DNA of 64,000 nucleotides from Trichoplax adhaerens (Eukaryota > Animalia > Placozoa): assembly GCF_000150275.1 (NCBI RefSeq), contig NW_002060946.1, positions 1,693,454 to 1,757,453 of the forward strand, written 5' to 3'. The number at the start of each line of letters is the position of its first letter. Position 1 is the first letter of the stretch. The notes under the pieces are model-generated. The model searched no databases. It had not been told where the DNA came from and saw nothing but the letters and a program-made list of their open reading frames with translations. This document shows, piece by piece, positions 54,201 to 64,000 of the stretch. The translations under genes were made by a program, and so were the position numbers.

Positions 54201-55671
54201 ATTACTAGTGAGAGAATTCATTTGTTATTTTGTCAACTTTACATTAGGTAGCAACTTATCAAGGTTCTGGCAGCTTTGGTGAATTGGCTTTAATGTATAA
54301 TACACCGAGGTAAGATTCTAAGTGATGAATTTATGCAACTACAATCACTAATTTTGATATTTGTAGGAAAGTATTAAAATGAAATTGAAATACTACCAAA
54401 CTAAATCAATATTTCAATTTGACATTGGATTAATAGAGCTGCTACTATTATTGCCAAAAGTGAGGGATCTTTATGGGCTCTGGTAACATTCTCCAACTAG
54501 TATTTTATGTAGCTAATTATCAGGCCTTAAGGCAATTCTCTTACAACCATAATCGTCTCACTTTAAAGATGGCATAAAATAAATCCTTTCACTCTACTCA
54601 TACTTTTATCAATAGGATCGCACTACCTTTAGAAGAATCTTGATGACTGCTTCGGCCAAGAAGGTAACGTAGCTGTGCTTATATTATGAGTAATAAGACA
54701 TATTGGATAGTAAAGCTATCGAACAAGCAGATTCGAAGTTCAAAGTAGAATATATTATCTTCAAAGAATTTCCATCCATCTGAATTCTTTAGAGAAAAGT
54801 ATACGAAGAAATCTTAGGGTCCGTCAGCATTCTGAAAAGCTTAGAAAAGCATGAAAGAATGAGTTTAGCTGATGCTCTTGAAACGAGACGAATCAAGGAT
54901 GGCCAAGCAATTATCAAACAGGTAACGCATAGTAGACAATTCTTATCATATCCTATAACGGCCACTAATAATTTTAAAACCCAATGGATAGGGAGATGAT
55001 GCGGATGCCTTCTATTTTGTCGAAAAGGGAGAGTGCCAAGTTGTGATAGAGGTATAATAGGTTAATTTATTTTAATCATCGTAATTTATGTTACTGTACC
55101 CCATTTATAGTCGTACTGAAAAGAACTGAAAGATTTTCCATGCAAGTGTAGACAACAGTTGGCTTCAGCAATTAGTTCTTATGATTGCTAAATGATATGA
55201 CATAGTTTGCTAATAATTTCTTCCTTTGCTCACTTCATCAAGAAAAATGGAGTAGAAACTGAAGTAACTCGCTTAAAAGTCGGCGATTATTTCGGAGGTA
55301 ATTTCTATTAAAGCATACATTTGTCGTTAGCAATTTTATTCAGGATTTCACTATTACGGCTAACAACCATTTAACTCCATTTTAGAATTAGCCTTAATTA
55401 CTCATAGTAAGCGTGCTGCATCGGTTTATGCCTTAGGAGATGTAAGCATAGCAGGTTTGTATTTTAAGTGCCTACAAGCTCCGAAATGTCTTTATTGATT
55501 CCATGTTTTATAAATTCTATAGCGCTTATGTGCGTGTGTAGAGGATTACCTCAGACTAATACGCAATTCTACCTCCTTACAGCTTTGGATGTTGCAGCAT
55601 TCGAGCGCCTGTTAGGTCCATGCATGGGAATAATGAAACGAAATTCTCGCCGTTATGAAAAACCAAAATAA
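48267..55671 (+). CDS. PRKAR2: cAMP-dependent protein kinase type II regulatory subunit, ~15 exons
   Basis: Exon 48267-48447 encodes a D/D domain ([37 protein letters not shown]). After a ~4.1-kb intron: RRRKS|VSAESYAPD (RII-type RRxS inhibitor site), [19 protein letters not shown]...[36 protein letters not shown]...[31 protein letters not shown]; TAA at 55669-55671. Confidence 0.95.
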
Positions 55672-55737
55672 CTATAATGTCAATAATCGTTAATATTCGT
55701 TACTTTATCTTTTATTTTAGTTCTTCTTAATAAGCGC

Positions 55738-55747
55738 AATAAATAAA
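55738..55747 (+). terminator. Candidate polyadenylation signal (overlapping AATAAA x2) of the PKA-RII gene
   Basis: AATAAATAAA ~67 nt after the stop codon. The AT-rich background lowers specificity. Confidence 0.4.
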
Positions 55748-56144
55748 AGAAAATGATTAATATAACGTCTTCAAGTCGGTATACTTACAATAGCCTAGGT
55801 TAAACCTAACTTTAAAAATTTTTAAGCTGCTATTTTACACCATTTATATATAAACAGCTACAGTGATATGGCTTTGATGTAACTTCGCTTATTTTAAAAG
55901 TTAAAAATAATCTTAATTATGCTAAACACTTTCTCTCACACAGTTATTTACTAGCCTACACTGTGATATAAATTCTGATCAAGTAAGTTATGTAAGCTCT
56001 AATTGAGTAGTCCTAATTGAGATTTGCTCCAATTTGCTAAATTAAAGTTGCTTTTACCTTAGCGTATCGATAAATATTAGGTGTTTAGACTTCTGATAAC
56101 TCTAGTATTAGTGCCCTTAATATATTGACTAATGTAGGTATAAC

Positions 56145-56610
56145 ATCTTGATCTAGTACACTTGTATTAGATATTTACGCGACGACATTAACTTCTGGAA
56201 TACTAACTCTGTAAAAATGATCACTATTAAATTAAATCATTTAATCATATTGTTTACTGAAATATACTATTAATCTTAGCTAGCTTACTAGTTAAGTGCT
56301 GGTATCTCGTGATTTCCATAAAAAATTATTACGTGCCGTTTATCAGTCAATAAGACAATATATCAATAGTATTGTAGATTTTAGAATTTGATCAATCCAG
56401 TACACTTCTATTAGATATTTACATGACGAAATTAATTTCTGAAATACTAACTCTGCAAATGGTCGCTTTCAAATTATACCATATAGTTATATTACTTACT
56501 GATATGAACTATTAATCTTAGCCAGGCTACTGGCCAAATGCTGGTATCCGTAATTCCACAAAAATTCATTATGTGTTATCTATCAGTTCATAAGGCGATA
56601 TAATCTACTA
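56145..56610. repeat. ~244-bp diverged direct repeat, 2 copies
   Basis: AGTACACTT.TATTAGATATTTAC..GACGA.ATTAA.TTCTG.AATACTAACTCTG at ~56155 and ~56399. Confidence 0.8.
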
Positions 56611-57995
56611 CTGTAATCTTAGCAAACAATCAATTACTATTATCTAATGGCTTTCACAAAAATTGATTAGTCGGTTATTTATTACTCTGTATAAATATAT
56701 AAGCTACTAATCTTAGTTAAGTTAATACTAGCCTTGCTAGATTGGTTATCAAGTATTGCCATACTATGATTTGTTTTGGGTAGTGATTAGGTACCAGGTA
56801 GCTATTTATTATTTCACAAGAAGATATAAGCTACCGTTTTAATCTAAGATTTAGTAATCTTAAATAAGTTGATAATCAAAGGCGATCGTCTAATAGTTTC
56901 ATATAGAATTGATTAGGCAGTTATTATTACTTTATGTGAAGCATAAGCTACTAACTCTCCGCTCAGTTAGTAATCAAATACTATTATTTAATCGTGTCTC
57001 ATAAAAATATTTATTAGGTACTACTGCGTTTATGACTAAATTTAACTGTATAAGTTAACCTTTTAGTTAGGCCGGTAAAACGTCTCCTCATTTGATCACT
57101 TTACAGGAATGCTATCGGATCAAATAGATAGTGGAATTAAAACTGCAATAAATGTTGCCGAATTCTAATAATCCTTGTGCTAACCAAAATTAAACAAGAT
57201 GATTTCTTGTACTTATTATCAAGATTAATTGAAATTTATTCCACTGAATTATTTAAATTAGCGCAACATAACTGATAGGATATCACTATACTGTCGCTAT
57301 ATAGAACGATTTAAACGATATTCCTAGAGGATAATTTTTGATTACATTTTCATTTTTGATCGTGATAAAGCATCATCTACTGTATTTATCATACCCTATT
57401 TGTTTTTGAAGTACTACCATCTTCTTAGGAATAATAGCGGCTGAATTCTTGAAGCAAAATAATGTGCCATTATAGTTACTGGCAATCATTCTGGTATTTC
57501 TATTCGATCTCATTATTTATTCAGGATATCCTAAATTATAACCAATTTATCATTTTTATCACATGGATAACCCTGACATTTAGTATTAATGAAATTGCCT
57601 AATAATTAGCCATCGTATGATGATGATTGACAACACAGGTGTAGGCGCATTCATGCAGACTCTCTTAATATACCTAATATCAGCATTGCCTTCGAGATCT
57701 ATGTCATAAATCGTTGCTAGGTAACATTAATCCATTTAGGCGAACAAAATGAAAGCTAGAAATATTTCAATAGCTATGAACAACAGAAGAATTCCAATTA
57801 TAGAATTTACATTGAAAGCCGCAGGGACAAAAAATGTGATACCAGACGGCATAGAATCATTAATAGTATACAGTAGTAACCCTACTAGTCTCTATATCAA
57901 GCAAAATTTCCAGGTCAAATGATTGAATTTTATTCAAACCAGGGAAACAGATAGAACAAAGATAATAACAACAACAGTAAATACAAAATTTCAAG

Positions 57996-58164
57996 ATGGA
58001 GTACGACGTCTCCTCTGAAGCAGCAGAAATGCTTCAAAATTTCGCATTATGCGTTCTTCGTAATCGTCCTGGTGATTTATACTCCTTTGCGGCTGAATAT
58101 TTTACAAAGTTATCGGAAAATATGAAGGAACAGAAGAAATTACGAGAGAAAGAAGCAGAATTAG
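57996..58164 (+). CDS. First exon of a second RIIa docking/dimerisation-domain gene (PKA-RII paralogue or other R2D2 protein); remainder not identified in the window
   Basis: MEYDVSSEAAEMLQNFALCVLRNRPGDLYSFAAEYFTKL aligns with the D/D exon of the upstream gene. It ends at AG|GTAAAT with the same phase-1 donor after a charged linker. Confidence 0.8.
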
Positions 58165-59317
58165 GTAAATTACTAATCATTTTGAATAATCCAAATGTCA
58201 GTCTCCTTTACGTTTATATTTTTTCTATATGAAATACTGGTATTTTCAACTCTTTTCGTTTAAATGAAATTCTATCAGTTCAATATTAACTTTAAAAGAT
58301 AGAAGGAGAATTATTTAGTATCGAAATTAAATCATAACCAAGAACTGAATATTATAATCACTATATAGCGCTTCTAGTTTCAAATGATAGCTTCAAGCAG
58401 CAATAATTCGATAACTTTTCATACTTTTTACCTCTTACTGACTAGATAAAAGCTGCTTATCTGTTGTCAAGCTTACTATTAATAATAATCCATTTACAAA
58501 ATTAAGTAAAGTTTCCATAAAATTATTGCACAACACAACGTCATTTCGTTGCTAGCCGGTTGGAATAGAATTTCTACGGAAAACATAACTGTAAAAAAAT
58601 GATCAACTACTCAAAGTAATCACGTATCTTAAGTTTAGTAAGAACAAAAATCATTTAGTCTCGCTCTACATCACGACGATGTTCTAGTTATGTCGATCAA
58701 TCATTTCTATTCAAACTACATATCTAAGTTGGTATCTGTTGGCATTCCTAACAAGTTTTATTATTGCTATAGCTTTGATAGTAAAATGATCATCGGTACA
58801 GTATCTTATCCAGCTTTTATTGCACGATTTAATTTTGTTGACCTGATTATGCTTTATTTTATATCTAACTATGATGAAGATGATTTCCAGCTATACACCA
58901 CGTGTAATTCACAGTATTATTATTATTCCTGTCTTTCTCTAAACGCTAAAATACAGCAGACCATTAGACTCAATACTATACAACACTTTAACACAAGAGT
59001 AAAGCTGTCATCTCGTCTAGTGCTGTGCTGTTATACTTTTTTAGCTATACCTTTGATTCTGTTTTAATAAAGTTATAATAGCTATAAAATATTACATCAA
59101 GCTAGAGAATTCCTATAGATTGACAGAAAATATGACCCACCGCTAGATCTTCTCAATGTTGGTTTAGTACACTTTTGATATCGAAATTAGCGTAGATCTA
59201 TTGAAACTGTATCAACTAGACTTACTTAATAAACTCTTTTACTCTTTGTGCTTTCCATAAACTGAGCCAGCAATTCTCATTTATTTTAATCATCAATTTC
59301 TAGTAGTATGCGCGTAA

Positions 59318-60040
59318 AAGGAATTTGTCGACATATAGTAGGTGAATTTGTAATTCATTTACTACAATACGCAGCTTTACTAGCCCAGAATTATAATCAT
59401 TATAGCGTTATTTTTAAGGCTATAAAACTGATATGATGGAAAGATCTTGATTATAAATTAAAATAGCATATCACTGCTTCATAGACACGTATATATTATC
59501 TACTAAAATACCACAGTGCTACGTGATCAAATAAGTTTAATATATAGTAGATGAATTTGTAATTCATCTACTAGAATAAGGAGCTTTACTAGCCCAGAAT
59601 TATGATCATTATAGCGTCATTTGTAAGGCCATTGAGACGGATATGATGGAAAGACCTTGATTATAAGATATATCTGTCATCATAGACACATATATATTAT
59701 CCTCTAAAATATCACAATGCTATGCCATCAAATAGGGTTAATATCTACAGTAGATGAATTTATTATTAATCACTAGAATACGCCGCTTTACTGGTCCAGA
59801 ATGATAATAATATGTGGAATTTGTCGACATGTAGTGCATGAATTTGTGATTCATTTACTAGAACACGAAACTTTACTAACCCCAAAATATAATCATTATA
59901 GGGTTATTTTTAGGCTATAAAAACTGATATGATGGAAAGATCATGATTATAAATTAAAATAAGATATATCTGTCTTCATAAAAACGTGTATATTATCCAT
60001 TAAAATGCCACATGCTATATTATCAAATAGGGTTAATACA
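59318..60040. repeat. ~205-bp diverged tandem repeat, ~3.3 copies
   Basis: TGAATTT...ACTA.AA...CTTTACT...AT.AT at ~59343, 59552, 59755 (partial) and 59839; ATATGATGGAAAGA three times. Confidence 0.85.
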
Positions 60041-62559
60041 AATACGATTAGATCTCAACCATTAACTAGTCGTCGACATCATCGACATTAAATTAGCGAC
60101 GAATATCAAAATCTTTTTTCTATTTTACTCCATAACATGAAATGATCTATACTATTAGTACAGATAATGTACCGCTATGCAATTACGAATTTTAAATAAA
60201 GTACCGGAACTAAGAAATTGCTTCCGGCGTTGATATGTTAGTAACGTTCAACGTAAAAATAACGTTTCTCAACTAGTTTATATGGGTTGCTATGGCTGCA
60301 ATCAACTTTAGTATTTGTTATGTTTTAGTCGCTCTTTTCACTATATGGTTATTAAGATAGCGTGATAGGCACAGAATAGTAGCGTACTTTTATGTGAATT
60401 AATTAGAGTATGAAATGAACAGAAAACCAAATTTCTGTTCTTCTTCTGATCACTATAAGATCGTTTTAGTGCAATACCATTATATTACACTTGAATTCAC
60501 CGTACTTATTATTAAAGTTCACCATTACTTAAGGCTATTTTAAATCAATAAATGCTTTCTCGCATTTTACTTATGATTCATCAACAAAATAAAGTGAGAT
60601 TAGTGATAGCTTGATGCTGATAAAATATTGTGTACGCAATGATATGAGCTATAACATCATTTTTTGACTCCAATTTACATTGAATGAGTTTATGGAATAC
60701 CCGAACTATTTCATTAATAATACGCTATATAATTAATTAAATATCACGAAGGCCCACAGCAGCACGATTTTGTGTATACAATCAAGTTTTTATTTAAATC
60801 AAGAATTGTATACTCACTAGCAACACTACTTGTATTTCCTGATAATAGCAACAACAGTAATTTACAGTGATCGTGTGGCCATAGGATACTTGTGAACTCT
60901 CAAATTTGCCGCACATTCATTATCCGGTAGTAGAATTAAACATTAAATGTCGATCTAACTTCATAAAACTGATACTGTTACCGCAAACGATATTATAAGA
61001 CGCATAATTTTTTTATATTACTTAAGTAAGAAGTACCGGCAGTTAGGCTACAGATAGAATATCGTGGAATACATGATCAGCTGTATTAATGAAAGTAATG
61101 ATAACAGATAATGGCGAGAAAATTTTTTATATGCTTGATATCAGAACTATCTAACATCGTAATCAATGTTATTAGCGATCTTTAATATACCGCATCAAGC
61201 ATCATTAAATTTTGGAGTTCATATATGCGAGTATATATGACAAATTCATGATAACATGCGATATATTTGCTGATGACAGATGTACACCATAAATTCTATC
61301 TTTATTGACGATACTATCATTTTCAGTTTTAAATCTCGATGAATCTCGAATCAATTTTTTCTCCACTGTATACGTTTCACTTTAAGAGCATGCTTGAATA
61401 ACCCTTTAATTTTATCGAGTAATAAACTTTACACTTTATTCTCATTTTAAATTGATAAATAATTAATACAACCGTCATTTTACATTTCATGGTAGTTACA
61501 TCATTTCATGTATATATTCACTTATCCAATTTGTAACCATTTGACTCGATGTATTTCTACATATCCAGGTTCTGAATAACTTAATGATCTATTTTAGAAA
61601 TGTATATAATAAACATTTCTATTTATTTTGGTATATATAATAGTGCCAGAATCTTATTCTTATTCTATGCTTTGCCTAAAGAACAAACATTTTGAATTCA
61701 TTTTACCTAGAATTGGACAAGGATGAAAATTCAAGTGCTTCCAAAGAATCAGGAAGTGTTTATTCCACAACATAGCTCAACTATCAATCGAATTTTTTAT
61801 ACAACTTATAGAATAAATGGCGAATATGTACATACACTTATATAAACAAAATACATGACATAATTACCATACTTGATATCATCAATGCATCGTAATTAAT
61901 ACTTTAGTTTGATTAACACGATTTGTTATGCTTATGCTAGTCGATGGGGTTTGATATATATATATATATATGTATGTACCATAAGCTTTTAAATGCTAAT
62001 ACTATAATCTACCATGGAATAGCATTATTTCTAAACTTTAAGTTGCTTATGTATGTTCCTCAGACTATTTAGCTTTAAAACTATACTGAAATACAGTCGA
62101 ATCCTAAAGACCGGTAGAAGAAATTTTTCAGTTTCGATTGCGTTCAGATATTTTATCTGAAGATCAATACAGAACCTCACAGATATTTGTAATCCGAAGT
62201 GAACTACCGCACTCTAGCAATTTATTCCTGATAACACTAGGCTGTACTGTTAGTTAGTAGCTGAATAACTTAAAGCATAAGTATAATAAATGAAGCTTGT
62301 AACGTTATATATACATAAATTACATTCGTGTTTCTTAAAATAAAGGAAGCAAAGTAATATCGAAATCTTATTTTGTATGGTAAATAATGGAATGGTTAAA
62401 ATAATTTATTAGAAGGGTCAAGTTGGAGAACTGAAATAACATTTTAGCATACTTTGGCAATATAACATCGCATCAGTTGAACCCTGTTAAGAGTAGACAT
62501 GTGTGAAATAATAAGATTAAAATTGAAGACTTTCTTTCTGTGGCGGAAAATTTCACACG

Positions 62560-63085
62560 AGTGCAGTAGTATTCAAGTTCTTAATTGAATCTTTTAGATT
62601 AATTTATACTGTATACTTCTAAGAACAATATCCTACTTCCGTAAAAATACGAGTATAGTAGTATTCAAGTTCTTAGTTCAATTTCTTGATTGATTTGTAG
62701 TGCGTATTTCGCAAAGCAATATCCCACTTTCATGAAAATAAGAGTTTAGCAGTACTTAAGTTTTTAGCTGAATCTTTTAGATTGATTGTAGAGCATATTT
62801 CTGATAATAATATCTCACTTCCGTGAAAATATGAGTACATAAGTATGCAAGCTCTTAGTTAAATTTTTTAATTAATTTTGTAGTGCTAAGCCTATTTCTA
62901 ATAGCAATATCTTACTTCCGTGAAGATAGAGTATTATCCAAGCTTTTATTTGAATCTTTTAGATTAATTTGTCCTACGTATTTCTAGTAACAACATCTCT
63001 CTTCGTAAAAATACGATTATAGTAGTATTCAAGTTCTTAGCTGAATCTTTTCGATTAATTTGTAATGCGTAATTCTAATAACAAT
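62560..63085. repeat. ~91-bp minisatellite, 6 copies
   Basis: TATTCAAGTTCTTA.TTGAATCTTTTAGATTAATTT-like cores at ~62570, 62662, 62753, 62844, 62935 and 63026. Confidence 0.85.
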
Positions 63086-64000
63086 TTCGGGGATATTAGA
63101 ATTTGATGAATAGTCCATGAATTAATCGGGTAAAGTAAATTCCTAACGGAAAGTCATATATACTAGCATCCTTAATGAGAAGCTACGCATGAAATGAAAT
63201 GATAATTTGCGCAGAGAGAGTTATCATGTTCCACTATTTAAAATGATTTAAAAATAACGTATCTAGAGAAATAAAATATGGAATTATTGAATACGAATTT
63301 CTTAACGGAAAAAATCTGATATGAAGTATGAGTGAATAAGGGATATGGTAGCAAGTATAATTTATTCATAAAATACCAGGATATAAAGATTTGATTACTG
63401 ATCTTACAGCAATCATTTTTTAATACTATTCAACTTCTGGACCATCAATTCCGATAAACAACTTAGCGGATTGATAAATCTCTTCTGACCAGAGATCATC
63501 TTTAGGATAGAACTCTGTTTAGTTCGTAGAAGACAATACAGTATCTTAAGTTATTTTGCAATTATTATAAATTGGATAGAATACTGTAGGCTCTTTAATT
63601 CGATATTATCTATTTGATGGCAATATGCATGTTTTGATGAACAATTACGCAAACATTTATTTAAAGCCATATGAAATCGATGCTATAGCATTAAACGATA
63701 AAAGCATCCATAGTACGTATGAAAAGACTTAATAGCTATGTGGCGATATAGAAATAATAATCATAATTTCAACTACATATTTATTAGAGGATATTTATTT
63801 TCTGGTATCTTAATGTATGTAACATATACATTGAGTCATTAGATAAGATTTGATAAATATTGATATTAGAGCTTGATGGTTTATACTCCAAGATACCTTA
63901 CTGTATCACTACATTCGATATCTTTGACGATATTCTGACTAATATTTTGTATAATCTAGTTTAGAAATAGTAGAGTAATGACGTCTAAAAGGAAAGCGAT

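Noticed and set aside
62096-62160. RILKTGRRNFSVS as the inhibitor-site exon of the second D/D gene
   Set aside because: The spacing is not RRxS, an in-frame stop follows and there is no good donor.

Overview
Eukaryotic (animal) genomic DNA: AT-rich, with many short (~70-150 nt) GT-AG introns and one 50-N scaffold gap. The style best fits an early-branching animal such as the placozoan Trichoplax; this is an inference and is not provable from the window. Gene order, reconstructed by hand-splicing: (1) CAPS/CADPS dense-core-vesicle priming factor (+, ~27 exons, 2977-17549); (2,3) two tandem, single-coding-exon paralogues encoding small Pro/Gln/Tyr-rich proteins with a PPxY motif and a near-identical C-terminal membrane anchor (-, 23074-23391 and 28725-29156); (4) BRPF1/peregrin-type HAT scaffold (-, 30630-35020); (5) mitochondrial SAM carrier SLC25A26 (-, 40130-42349); (6) PKA type II regulatory subunit (+, 48267-55671); (7) the first exon of a second RII-type docking/dimerisation-domain gene (+, from 57996). 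Long introns and intergenic spacers contain many unrelated minisatellites (units ~50-250 bp), and clusters of mixed-orientation TACAG/CTGTA pentamers lie near gene 5' ends. No tRNA, rRNA, CRISPR array or autonomous transposon was recognised. The best novelty candidates are the PPxY membrane-anchored pair, the second D/D-domain gene, the pentamer clusters, and the fact that the human orthologues of all four conserved genes lie on chromosome 3p.
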